Positions 16,480-25,395 of a stretch of 64,000 nt of DNA are shown here, piece by piece (the stretch's first letter is position 1; the number at the start of each line of letters is the position of its first letter). Source of the DNA: Thermotogota bacterium ADurb.Bin062 (GTDB lineage Bacteria; Thermotogota; Thermotogae; MWEM01); NCBI GenBank assembly GCA_002071085.1, contig MWEM01000007.1, positions 17,618 to 81,617 of the forward strand, given 5' to 3'. A program made the translations under genes and the position numbers. Below the pieces are notes generated by a model. That model was given only the letters and a program-made list of their open reading frames with translations. It was not told where the DNA came from and searched no databases.

Positions 16480-18810
16480 CTATCGGTAACGGGTGATCAA
16501 CGATTTGCACAGTTCCAATCCTTCCACCGCGTCTTTCGCAAAGCCAGCGCATCCGAACCGTTTGGCCAACTCTCTGTTTAGGGACGCGCCCCCAGCGATC
16601 ACGGGTTTGTCGATACCGTTTTCGCGTAGGGCTCGGATGACGGTCTCTATTTCTCCGATTGTGGTGGTCATCATCGCCGAAAGCCCGATGATATCCGGAT
16701 CTGTTTCCTTCGCCTTAAAAACTATCTTTTCGGCCGCTACGTCCTTGCCCACGTCGATGACCTCGAAACCGCCGCTTCGCAAGACCGTTCCGACGATGTT
16801 TTTCCCGATGTCGTGGACGTCTCCCTCTACCGTAGCTAACAAAACCCTTCCCCTAAACACGAGCAAGGGGTCGAGCCTTTGGTTGACGAGGTCGAAGATC
16901 TCACGGGCCGTGTCTGAGGCGAGCAGAAGCTGAGGTAGATAGATTTCGTTCTTTGCGTAGAGCTGGCCCAATTCCTCCATACTCTTCGCCAAATACTGCT
17001 GGCTGACGGTCAGCGGAGGATGCTCGCGCAACAATTCTTCCACCAAGGTATTCAGAGCCTCTCGATTTCCCGAGACCATCGCAGCCAGTATCGGGTCTTC
17101 GATCGTGGACGCGCGAATACCGGGCTCATCGAGCCCCTCGAGAGACAAGGCGCCCGCAAGCACTTTTTGGATCACTTCGTCTCCCGAGTTTAAAATAGCC
17201 GCTGACAGGCCTCTTTCTATTGCTTGAGCCAAAAAGGCGCCGTTCACGCCCGTTCGGTTGGGTAATCCGTAACTGAGGTTCGATAGGCCTATGGACGTCA
17301 GGATTCCGTGTTCCTTTAACCTCGCGATAATCCCCAACGTCACCTTCGGATCCTTTCCCGAAGCCATCGAGAGAACCAGCGGATCGACGAGGATCCGGTC
17401 TTTGGTAATGCCGTTCTCCTCCAGGATTCTGATTCCTTCGAAAGCGATATGAACGCGTTCCTCGAGAGTGTCGGGGATCTCTTTTCCCATCGCCAACAAG
17501 ATCAGCGTTCCTCCGTATCGTTTGAGGAGGGCGATCTTGTTCTCCAGGCTCTTTGGCGTTACCCTTGCAGAGTTGATCAACGGCCGGCCCGGGTACTCCC
17601 GTAAGGCGACCTCGAGGAACTTGTCCGTTTGGATATCGAAGGAGATGGGAACCGACGAGCGTTTGTCCAGTTCGCAGACGACTTGTGAGAAGGCGCTTTC
17701 GTCGAGTGTCTTTTCTATTCCCAAGTTCAAGTCGATTGCGTTTGCCCCTTCTTCCGCCTGACGCTGGGCTTCCAACAGGAGTTGACTCCATTCTTTTCGC
17801 TGGATTTGCTCTTGAAGGCTCTTTCTCGAGGCCGGGTTGATACGCTCTCCGATCGATAGGAAGGGTTGGATCGGAGTCAACACCGTCCTCGAACTCAAGT
17901 AGCGCTTTGGGTCCTTATCGATCGCGCGGGGACTCCGACGTTGGTCCAGCGCGCGGCGCATCAACCGGATGTGTTCGGGTCCCGTACCGCAGCATCCTCC
18001 GATGATCGAAGCGCCGAGTTCTATGAAATCATCCGCATAGAAGGCGAAGGATTCCGAGCTTAGATCGTATGAGAGGCGATGACCGTCATATATCGGGGTC
18101 CCGGCGTTCGGTTGGATACAGAGTGGTTTTTGGCAGACGCGGGCGAGTCGTTCGAAAACCCGTAGGCTCTGCGCCGGTGCGAGCGTACAGTTAATGCCAA
18201 TCACATCGACGTCCAGGTCTTGGATCGACACCGCGTAGCTCTCCGCCGATGTGCCGGTAATGCTTCGTCCATCGGCTTCGAAGGTCATATTGACGATCAA
18301 AGGCAGGTCGGCGGTTACTTTTCTGACCGCCATAATCGCAGCTTTGAGCTCTTTGATGTCCGAGAAGGTTTCAAGAAGAAACCCTTCCACCCCTTCTTCA
18401 TATAAGATAGCGGCTTGTCGGCGGAAGGTTTCCACGGCCTCGTCGAAGGTGTAGCCGCCTAAAGGGAAGACGAACTCTCCAGTCGCGGACATGTTTCCGA
18501 AAACCCGCGCTTTGTCCCGGGCCGCTTCCTTCGCGATACGAACTCCTGCCCGGTTGAATCTTTCGAAATCCTCACCAAAACCGAGGGTCTTCAGCTTCCT
18601 CGGATTCGAGTTGAAGGTGTTCGTCGACAATAAATCCACACCGCAGGCGACATATTCCCGCTGCAGCGTGGCCACAACCTCCGGTTGTCGAACGTTGTAA
18701 GTCTCCGCGGGACTGTCTCGATAACCCCGCATTAACAGCTGCACGCCATAGGAGCCGTCCAACAGGAGACACCGATTTTCTAACGACGACAGAAAGGTTT
18801 TTCTTTTCAT
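16480..18810 (-). CDS. metH: Methionine synthase (homocysteine S-methyltransferase, pterin-binding and B12-binding domains; no AdoMet reactivation domain)
   Basis: Hcy-binding, pterin-binding and cobalamin-binding domains in order (GDVHDIGKNIV motif). At 776 aa it is too short to include the reactivation domain. The metF stop overlaps the metH start by 4 nt. Confidence 0.9.
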   Translation of the reverse strand: MKRKTFLSSLENRCLLLDGSYGVQLLMRGYRDSPAETYNVRQPEVVATLQREYVACGVDLLSTNTFNSNPRKLKTLGFGEDFERFNRAGVRIAKEAARDKARVFGNMSATGEFVFPLGGYTFDEAVETFRRQAAILYEEGVEGFLLETFSDIKELKAAIMAVRKVTADLPLIVNMTFEADGRSITGTSAESYAVSIQDLDVDVIGINCTLAPAQSLRVFERLARVCQKPLCIQPNAGTPIYDGHRLSYDLSSESFAFYADDFIELGASIIGGCCGTGPEHIRLMRRALDQRRSPRAIDKDPKRYLSSRTVLTPIQPFLSIGERINPASRKSLQEQIQRKEWSQLLLEAQRQAEEGANAIDLNLGIEKTLDESAFSQVVCELDKRSSVPISFDIQTDKFLEVALREYPGRPLINSARVTPKSLENKIALLKRYGGTLILLAMGKEIPDTLEERVHIAFEGIRILEENGITKDRILVDPLVLSMASGKDPKVTLGIIARLKEHGILTSIGLSNLSYGLPNRTGVNGAFLAQAIERGLSAAILNSGDEVIQKVLAGALSLEGLDEPGIRASTIEDPILAAMVSGNREALNTLVEELLREHPPLTVSQQYLAKSMEELGQLYAKNEIYLPQLLLASDTAREIFDLVNQRLDPLLVFRGRVLLATVEGDVHDIGKNIVGTVLRSGGFEVIDVGKDVAAEKIVFKAKETDPDIIGLSAMMTTTIGEIETVIRALRENGIDKPVIAGGASLNRELAKRFGCAGFAKDAVEGLELCKSLITRYR

Positions 18811-19700
18811 CTTCCCTCGCTTTTCGAAACCGTTTCGCTCAATCGACAGATTTCGATGATCTGTTTACTTTTATTCATCGTGTACAGGTGGATATGTTTC
18901 ATCCCGTGCTCTCGGAGGTCCTGGACTTGCTTGGCGGCATGCGCGATGCCGACCTTTTCGAGATCGAGCGGGTCCGCTCCGAATCGATCGATCTTTTCTT
19001 GTAGCCCTGAGGGGAGCGAGGTGGAAGAGAGGCTAAGAATCCGCTTTAAGTTGGTGTTCCTGAGGATCGGCATAATCGCCGGAACTATGGGCTGAGAGAT
19101 ACCGACGGCCCGGGCCTTTTCTAGAAAACGGTAAAACCGAGCGTTGTCAAAAAAGAGTTGGGTGATGAAAAAGTCCGCACCCACTTCGGCCTTTTTTTTG
19201 AGGTATAGGACGGAAAGATCCACATCGCCCGAGTCAGCATACCCTTCGGGATAGGCCGCAGCGCCTATACAAAAACGGCCGTCTCGTTTGACGAAATCGA
19301 TCAGGTCATAGGCATAACGAAAGCGATCCAACTCCGTGTCAGGAAAAATCAGGTTCGGCGGGATATCTCCACGTAAAGCCAGAACATTACGCACCCCTAA
19401 GTAATAAAGCTGGTCCAGCAAATCGACGATATCCGAGCGTAAATAGCCGACGGCCGTAATGTGGGATAGGGCGCGATAGGCCCCTTGGATCAGATGTCCC
19501 GCGATCGATAACGCGCGTTCGCGATTGTACCCTCCTGAGCCATAGGTGACGCTGACGAAGCTCGGATCGATAACCTTCAGCCTGTCGATCGTATCGAAAA
19601 TGATCTCCAGAGTCTTCTCCAAATTGGGTTTTGGAGGAAAAACCTCTATGGAATACGAAGGAAGAGGGTTCTCAAAAATATCGACGATGCGTTCGCTCAT
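18807..19700 (-). CDS. metF: 5,10-methylenetetrahydrofolate reductase
   Basis: SIEVFPPK, SVTYGSGG and an FAD-binding fold typical of MetF. Confidence 0.85.
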   Translation of the reverse strand: MSERIVDIFENPLPSYSIEVFPPKPNLEKTLEIIFDTIDRLKVIDPSFVSVTYGSGGYNRERALSIAGHLIQGAYRALSHITAVGYLRSDIVDLLDQLYYLGVRNVLALRGDIPPNLIFPDTELDRFRYAYDLIDFVKRDGRFCIGAAAYPEGYADSGDVDLSVLYLKKKAEVGADFFITQLFFDNARFYRFLEKARAVGISQPIVPAIMPILRNTNLKRILSLSSTSLPSGLQEKIDRFGADPLDLEKVGIAHAAKQVQDLREHGMKHIHLYTMNKSKQIIEICRLSETVSKSEGR

Positions 19701-19722
19701 AGTTCCTCCCTGTATATCACAT

Positions 19723-20316
19723 TCAAGAAAACCATCCGATCATCGCGATCGTCGTTTTTCTCGGTATCATAATGCCGGTGGATGGGTTCACGGATATCCG
19801 ATGACTCAACGGGCAGCCGCCCTGCGTCAACGCTTCCGAGGTAAGGTAGCCCAGAATATCGTGGTTTTTCCGGATATCCACGTCCCCGTATCCGGGTGAG
19901 AAGCGCCGGGTTCCGGACCGGTTTTCGCGGATATAGGCGTCAAAGAGATCGTTGATCGCCTCTATAGCCTCCGAAGCCCAAGCGTCCAGAAGGAGCCCCT
20001 CGAGGGTCCTCCCTTCGACGAAATCCCGTTGGATCTCCTCGTCTATTCGGATTCCCAAGGTCGAAACAAAAACGGTCACGCTGCTCGTCGAATGGAAAGA
20101 GGTTGGCAGGAACCCAAGCGCGATAAGCTCAGACGTGAGGTCGGTCCTATGGAACAGGAACGGGTCAATCGAATCTACACCCCGTAAATGCATATTTCCT
20201 ATGGTTTCCCTCATTTGAATCGATAACGACACGTTGTTTCCTTTGAACCCAGCCCTCGATAAGAATCGGCGTCTGTCTGGTACAACGCGGTCTTTTTGGA
20301 TTTCGAAAAAAGGCAC
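19723..20316 (-). CDS. Small protein upstream of metF-metH, possibly the split methionine synthase reactivation (AdoMet-binding) domain; start uncertain (20316 GTG, 20214 or 20193 ATG)
   Basis: Size and position fit the arrangement known in Thermotoga, where MetH lacks the C-terminal domain and a separate ORF supplies it. No diagnostic motif was matched by eye. Confidence 0.4.
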   Translation of the reverse strand: MPFFEIQKDRVVPDRRRFLSRAGFKGNNVSLSIQMRETIGNMHLRGVDSIDPFLFHRTDLTSELIALGFLPTSFHSTSSVTVFVSTLGIRIDEEIQRDFVEGRTLEGLLLDAWASEAIEAINDLFDAYIRENRSGTRRFSPGYGDVDIRKNHDILGYLTSEALTQGGCPLSHRISVNPSTGIMIPRKTTIAMIGWFS

Positions 20317-20363
20317 GGATCACCCAATCCACGGTTTTTGATAGAGCCGAAACGGCTAGCCGT

Positions 20364-20392
20364 AGTATAGCATAAAACGGGAAGGCTACCAA
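20364..20392 (-). promoter_or_regulatory. Candidate sigma-70 promoter of the met operon (minus strand)
   Basis: Minus strand reads TTGGTA, 17 nt, TATACT, about 40-160 nt upstream of the candidate starts. Confidence 0.35.
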
Positions 20393-20503
20393 CGTCGTGC
20401 CTGAACACTTCTTCACTCGAAGGGCTCGAGGAGAGGTTCGATTTATAGAGGTGGTCGATTATGATGATACACAAGCCTTACGATACGGTTTCGCGGAAAA
20501 AGT

Positions 20504-20511
20504 TGTATAAT
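20504..20511 (+). promoter_or_regulatory. Extended -10 element (TGTATAAT) upstream of mscL
   Basis: tgtataat about 40 nt upstream of the ATG at 20550; RBS aaaggggg. Confidence 0.3.
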
Positions 20512-20549
20512 TTGCTTGTCCATACGAATATTAAAGGGGGTAAGACCAA

Positions 20550-21005
20550 ATGTTCAAAGAGTTTATGACCTTCATCAAGCGCGGAAATGTGATCGATCTG
20601 GCCATAGGGATCATCATTGGCGGTGCTTTTGGTAAGATCGTCAGCTCGTTAGTCAACGACATCATTATGCCACCTATCGGTCTTTTGATAGGGAACGTGG
20701 ATTTTTCGAATCTGTTCATCAGTCTAAACGGCACATTCTATAAGTCGTTGGCGGAAGCGAAAGCCGCGGGCGCCCCGACGATGAATGTTGGCCTGTTCAT
20801 CAACTCCGTTATAGACTTTCTGATTATCGCTTTCGTCATCTTTTTAATCGTCAAACAGCTCAACAAGATTCAGAAAGCGACTGAAAAACCCGCTGCTCCG
20901 GTGGCGCCCACCACGAAAGAGTGTCCTTACTGTTTTTCTCTGATTCCAATCAAAGCCGTTCGCTGCCCCAACTGCACCTCAGATTTACAGAAACAGAAAG
21001 CCTAA
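20550..21005 (+). CDS. mscL: Large-conductance mechanosensitive channel MscL with C-terminal CxxC...CxxC zinc-ribbon tail
   Basis: [31 protein letters not shown] is the canonical MscL TM1; the C-terminus reads [20 protein letters not shown]. Confidence 0.85.
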   Translation: MFKEFMTFIKRGNVIDLAIGIIIGGAFGKIVSSLVNDIIMPPIGLLIGNVDFSNLFISLNGTFYKSLAEAKAAGAPTMNVGLFINSVIDFLIIAFVIFLIVKQLNKIQKATEKPAAPVAPTTKECPYCFSLIPIKAVRCPNCTSDLQKQKA

Positions 21006-21106
21006 GGCCGGTTCGAAAAACGAGACCGAAAAACCCTTTCACCAATCGGTGTTGGGTATAATATCAGGGTGGAATAAGAAAAAAGCTAAAAACGAGGAGG
21101 GAAAAA

Positions 21107-21474
21107 TTGACCCTCTAAGGAGCCGCCATTGGAGCTCATTTGACCCTTCAAGGGGGGTAAAGAAGTGTATTTTTCGACCCCGCGAAGAGTACGAAGATTA
21201 TCGCGGGGTAACCAGCGGGCTGCCTTCGGAAGCTCACGAAGCCTCGCGGCCCACTCTGCTCCCTTTTTCTTTTAAAAAGCATGCCGAACAAAAGTTCGGA
21301 GTTCCAAAGGCGTTCCCAGGGCATTCACAAGGTGTTCCCAGAGAGACAGGCCGACTGGAAGTCGGCCCCACGAAGAGAAGGGGCGACTACGCCGCGATGA
21401 CTACGTGGACTAAAAATCGTGTGATCGATTCTTGCCTTGTTTCTTGAGTACACCCCATAACTTGACACACACAC
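21107..21474 (-). mobile_element. MITE-like element, copy C (inverted relative to copy A; lacks CACRGAG module; distal end degenerate)
   Basis: The reverse complement of 21400-21474 (gtgtgtgtcaagttatggggtgtactcaagaaacaaggcaagaatcgatcacacgatttttagtc) aligns to the copy-A left end. The GGGAACGCC pair and the ttcgtgagcttc box are conserved. The far end carries two degenerate ttgaccc[t]tc[ta]aagg repeats (21107-21120, 21128-21142). Confidence 0.5.
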
Positions 21475-21726
21475 TAATCGGGAGTTCTTTGGTTAAGAGA
21501 TATAATTCCAGATTGATGTGAAGCCGAATAGGTGGGAAGAACGCAACGACCCCGTAAGGGCGGTGGTGTTCTCTTTAATGAGTGGCTTCGTGCGCTGTCT
21601 TTCGTCGGCGCTTTGAGAACCAATTTTCGAGAATAATGTATAACACATCCTTGCGTCGTTGGGGACATTTGTATCATTCAATTCAGTGTTATGCGCAAGG
21701 TCCATCGCCTCAAATAGAGACAGTCA

Positions 21727-21735
21727 TGTTATAAT
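21727..21735 (+). promoter_or_regulatory. Extended -10 element (TGTTATAAT) upstream of the Mo-hydroxylase operon
   Basis: tgttataat about 30 nt upstream of the GTG at 21767; RBS aaggagg at 21754-21760. Confidence 0.3.
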
Positions 21736-21766
21736 CCGCCTTGAGGACTACCAAAGGAGGGATACT

Positions 21767-22234
21767 GTGGAAATTCGCGTAAACGTAAACGGCGTAGAAA
21801 AGAGATGGAACGTGGAACCGAGCGAGCTGCTCGTCGATGTCCTCCGGGACAACGGGTATAAAAGTGTTAAAAAGGGCTGTGGAAGCGCCGACTGCGGCAC
21901 CTGCACCGTCTTGGTTGACGGACGCGCCGTACTCTCCTGCTCGGTTTTCGCCGCGTCAGTTTCGGGGAAAACGATCGAGACCTTGGAAGGGTTGGGCACC
22001 GACCAGCAGCTGCATCCGATCCAACAGGCATTCCTGGACGCCGCTGCTTTTCAGTGTGGCTTTTGCGCCCCGGGTTTGATTATGGCGACCAAAGAATTGC
22101 TCGAAAAAGAGCCGGCGTTGACCGAAGACCAGATCAGACACGAACTGTCAGGCAATCTCTGCCGATGTTCCGGGTACGAGAACCAGGTGAAAGCTATCAG
22201 CGGATTAATGGACAAAAAACGCGAGGGAGCGTGA
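21767..22234 (+). CDS. [2Fe-2S]-binding small subunit of a xanthine dehydrogenase/aldehyde oxidoreductase-family molybdenum hydroxylase
   Basis: CGSADCGTCTV (plant-type ferredoxin cluster) and QCGFCAPG...CRCSGY (second cluster). Start trimmed to the GTG after the RBS; the ORF-track start at 21659 lies inside the promoter region. Confidence 0.85.
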   Translation: MEIRVNVNGVEKRWNVEPSELLVDVLRDNGYKSVKKGCGSADCGTCTVLVDGRAVLSCSVFAASVSGKTIETLEGLGTDQQLHPIQQAFLDAAAFQCGFCAPGLIMATKELLEKEPALTEDQIRHELSGNLCRCSGYENQVKAISGLMDKKREGA

Positions 22235-22238
22235 GCCG

Positions 22239-24569
22239 ATGCCTAACGATTCTAAAACATTCCGTATCGTCGGCCAAAATAAGGAAAAGGTGGATGCACG
22301 AGGTATTCTGAGAGGAAAACCGGTCTACACGGAAGACTTTTATCCGAGGGATGCGCTGATCGTGAAGGTCGTGCATTCCCCGTATGCGCACGCGCTCATC
22401 ACGCGTATCGACAAGTCGGCCGCCTTGGACATCCCGGGGGTCGTTGAGATTTTGACGTACGAGGATGTCCCCCGTATTCCCTATACGAGGGCGGGGCAGG
22501 GATATCCCGAACCATCACCTTATGACACCGTTCTGCTAGACCACAAGATGCGTTTTGTCGGGGACACCGCCGCTCTGGTGATCGCCGAAAACGAACGCGC
22601 CGCTCGAATGGGCGTGAAAGCCCTCAAGATCGACTACGAGGTCTTGGAGCCCGTCTTGGATTTCGAAAAGAGTATGTCCCCTTCCGCACCCATCATCCAC
22701 GATCAAAAGGATTCCAAAGGCATTTACGAGCCTTCGAGAAACATCGCCTCACACTACGAAACGACTATAGGAGATGTGGAAGGTCTTTTGGCGCGATCTC
22801 CCGTGCAGATAGAAGCGACCTATTACTACCCGAAGTCTCAGCAGGTCGCTCTGGAAAATCACTGTACCTATGCGTACTTGGATCCTCAAGAGCGACTGAC
22901 CCTCGTCTCGTCGACACAGGTGCCGTTCCACGGCCGAAGAATCCTGTCAAAGATCCTACAGACTCCCCCCGGTAAGATCCGGGTCATCAAGCCCCGGATA
23001 GGCAGCGGTTTCGGTTCCAAACAAGGCTTGTTCACGGAGGGATATGCGGCTCTGGCGTGCTTGAAGACTGGAAAACCCGTCTGTTTGTCTTTCAACCGAG
23101 AAGAGACTTTCACCTGCACCTATACCCGACACGATATGCGAGTGACGGTTCGACTAGGGGCGGAGCTGGACGGGCGTTTGAACGTGATCGACATGTACTC
23201 GCTGTCCAATACGGGCGCTTATGGAGACCACGCGCTCACCGTCGCGATGGGGTGCGGTTCGAAAACGCTTCCTCTATATAACAAAGTAAAAGCTGTCCGG
23301 TTCGTCACCGATATCGTGTACACGAATTTACCCAATGCCGGCGCATACCGCGGTTATGGGGCTCCTCAAGGATTGCTGGCACTCGACGGCGCGCTGGACG
23401 AATTGGCGGCGAGACTCAATCGTGACCCGCTCGAGATCAAGGCCATCAACTCCATTCGAGAGGGAGAGACCTCACCGATCTTCCAGATTATGGGCGAAGG
23501 TCGGGAAGGGGTTCCTCAAATCGCGGCCAGCTGTAAATTGGGCGAATGTATCGAGATCGGTAAGGTCGCTTTCGACTGGGCGAAGAAGAGAAAAAATGCC
23601 GGATGGGATCGACGAACGGTGGATACCGTGCGCGGCGTAGGCTGCGCTTTGGCGATGCAGGGCTCCGGAATTGCGAAAGTGGATATGGCTTCGGCGACTC
23701 TAAAAATGAACGACGATGGCACCTTCAACCTGCTGGTGGGCGCGACGGATCTAGGGACCGGATCGGATACGATCCTAAGCCAGATCGCGGCCGAAGCCCT
23801 TGGGATCCCGGTGGAAAACATCATTGTGTATTCGTCAGATACGGATATGACGCCATTCGACGTGGGCGCCTACGCTTCCAGTACGACCTACGTTTCGGGA
23901 AATGCTGTCCTGGACGCGGCGAATAAGGTGAAGGCTTCTATCCGCCGGGCGGCAGCGGCGCTCTTCGAGATCGATGAAGAGTTGGTCGAAGTTACGGATG
24001 GTTGCGTCAAAAACCTCCAAAATGGTAAAACCCTGACCTTCGCAGAGCTCTGTACCCTCTGTTTCTATGGCGCGAATCAACATCAAATCTGCGAAACGGG
24101 GTCTTATGTCGGCGATGAATCGCCTATACCCTTTATGGCGACCTTCATAGAGGTCGAGATCGATTTGAAAACCGGCAAAATCACCCCTATCGAAACGCTC
24201 AGCGTCGTTGATTGCGGCACCGCCCTTAATCCGGCGCTCGCGGAAGGGCAGGTCAAAGGGGCGACTCTTCAAGCCTTGGGTACCGCTCTGTTCGAAGAGC
24301 TAAAGTTCAGTGAAACTGGGAAGCCGATTAACGCCTCGCTTTTCCGTTACAAGATTCTGGATCGCAGCAGCTTCGGCAAAGTCACCGCGCTTCTGGCCGA
24401 GAGCTATGAACCCACGGGCCCCTTCGGAGCTAAAAGCGTTTCGGAGATCGGAATCAATACGCCCACCGTCGCGCTGCTCAACGCGGTCTACCACGCGACT
24501 GGCATACGTTTCCATCGTTTGCCCCTCGCACCTCAGACCGTGTTCAACGCCTTGAAGGGAAAGGCCTGA
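22239..24569 (+). CDS. Molybdopterin-binding large subunit of a xanthine dehydrogenase-family molybdenum hydroxylase
   Basis: 776 aa with the Ald_Xan_dh_C/C2 architecture (GxGFGSK, AYRGYGAPQG, the glutamate-containing C-terminal domain). No FAD subunit gene lies adjacent. Confidence 0.85.
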   Translation: MPNDSKTFRIVGQNKEKVDARGILRGKPVYTEDFYPRDALIVKVVHSPYAHALITRIDKSAALDIPGVVEILTYEDVPRIPYTRAGQGYPEPSPYDTVLLDHKMRFVGDTAALVIAENERAARMGVKALKIDYEVLEPVLDFEKSMSPSAPIIHDQKDSKGIYEPSRNIASHYETTIGDVEGLLARSPVQIEATYYYPKSQQVALENHCTYAYLDPQERLTLVSSTQVPFHGRRILSKILQTPPGKIRVIKPRIGSGFGSKQGLFTEGYAALACLKTGKPVCLSFNREETFTCTYTRHDMRVTVRLGAELDGRLNVIDMYSLSNTGAYGDHALTVAMGCGSKTLPLYNKVKAVRFVTDIVYTNLPNAGAYRGYGAPQGLLALDGALDELAARLNRDPLEIKAINSIREGETSPIFQIMGEGREGVPQIAASCKLGECIEIGKVAFDWAKKRKNAGWDRRTVDTVRGVGCALAMQGSGIAKVDMASATLKMNDDGTFNLLVGATDLGTGSDTILSQIAAEALGIPVENIIVYSSDTDMTPFDVGAYASSTTYVSGNAVLDAANKVKASIRRAAAALFEIDEELVEVTDGCVKNLQNGKTLTFAELCTLCFYGANQHQICETGSYVGDESPIPFMATFIEVEIDLKTGKITPIETLSVVDCGTALNPALAEGQVKGATLQALGTALFEELKFSETGKPINASLFRYKILDRSSFGKVTALLAESYEPTGPFGAKSVSEIGINTPTVALLNAVYHATGIRFHRLPLAPQTVFNALKGKA

Positions 24570-24626
24570 AAGCGCCACGAAAATCGGGATGATTTTTCTA
24601 TTATATACGGAAAGGAGTGGAGGTTA

Positions 24627-25172
24627 ATGGCGCTTTACAAAGCGTTTGATCCGAAAGTGGAAGTCAACGGAGAGACGGTGTTGGGGTTTGTGAACGGGTT
24701 AGGAGCCTTCAAAAGGCAGGCATTGGCGCTGCTCAAAGAACAAGGAATAGACGACCCGACTCCAGGAAAATGGTATTCCCAACAAGCGTGGCTGAATGGC
24801 TTCAAAATGATCGGAGAAAAGTTCGGAGACGCTACCTTGAAGAAGATCGGAGAGAGTGTCGCGAACTCGGCGATATGGCCGAAGGAGATTAAAACGATCG
24901 TGGACGCCTTAAAGTCGATAGACGTCGCCTATCATATGAACCACCGAAACGGGAAAATCGGGAACTACGCCTTCACCAAGATCGATGCTGAAACGGGCCA
25001 GATGGTCTGTTCGAACCCCTATCCGGATCAGTTCGATCTCGGATTGATCCGAACGGTAGCGGAAAAATTTAAACCGTCGCAGGCGACCCTTATGGTCAGT
25101 ATCGACGAAAGTCAATCGACGAGAACGAAAGGAGCGGAAACGACGACCTTCATCATCAAAGGGCTCAAATAA
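24627..25172 (+). CDS. Hypothetical protein (181 aa) downstream of the Mo-hydroxylase genes
   Basis: Good RBS (aaaggagtgg) and codon usage like the neighbours; no recognisable motif. Confidence 0.5.
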   Translation: MALYKAFDPKVEVNGETVLGFVNGLGAFKRQALALLKEQGIDDPTPGKWYSQQAWLNGFKMIGEKFGDATLKKIGESVANSAIWPKEIKTIVDALKSIDVAYHMNHRNGKIGNYAFTKIDAETGQMVCSNPYPDQFDLGLIRTVAEKFKPSQATLMVSIDESQSTRTKGAETTTFIIKGLK

Positions 25173-25184
25173 CGGCCCGGAAAA

Positions 25185-25207
25185 CCCCTGTGAACAGGGT
25201 ATTTTTC
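25185..25207 (+). terminator. Rho-independent terminator
   Basis: CCCTG tgaa CAGGG followed by tattttt, 13 nt after the stop. Confidence 0.55.
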
Positions 25208-25395
25208 CCGCCCAGCCCCTCGCTTTTTGAGAGGTTTAGAGGGTAAGGTAGGAACCATTTCCGGTTGAGCGAACACACCCGAAAAAGAGGGGTAGATTCG
25301 CCGGTCGACAGGCGTCGTTGTAGCGCGTGACTATTTGACGAGTGAGGGACAGAATACGAACATCTATCTAGCGAACCTACGAGAAGGAGCCGTGC

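Noticed and set aside
20190-20360. Possible SAM riboswitch upstream of the met operon
   Set aside because: There is a partial UUAUCGAGGGCUGGG resemblance to the SAM-I P1/P2 start, but no GGUGCcAAuuCC, no kink-turn region and no complementary P1 3' strand. The region is also partly inside the longest candidate CDS.
21659-21766. N-terminal 36-aa extension of the 2Fe-2S subunit ORF given by the ORF track
   Set aside because: The extension covers the -10 element and RBS (aaggagg) that precede the GTG at 21767. The conserved ferredoxin domain starts right after that GTG, so the gene was trimmed.
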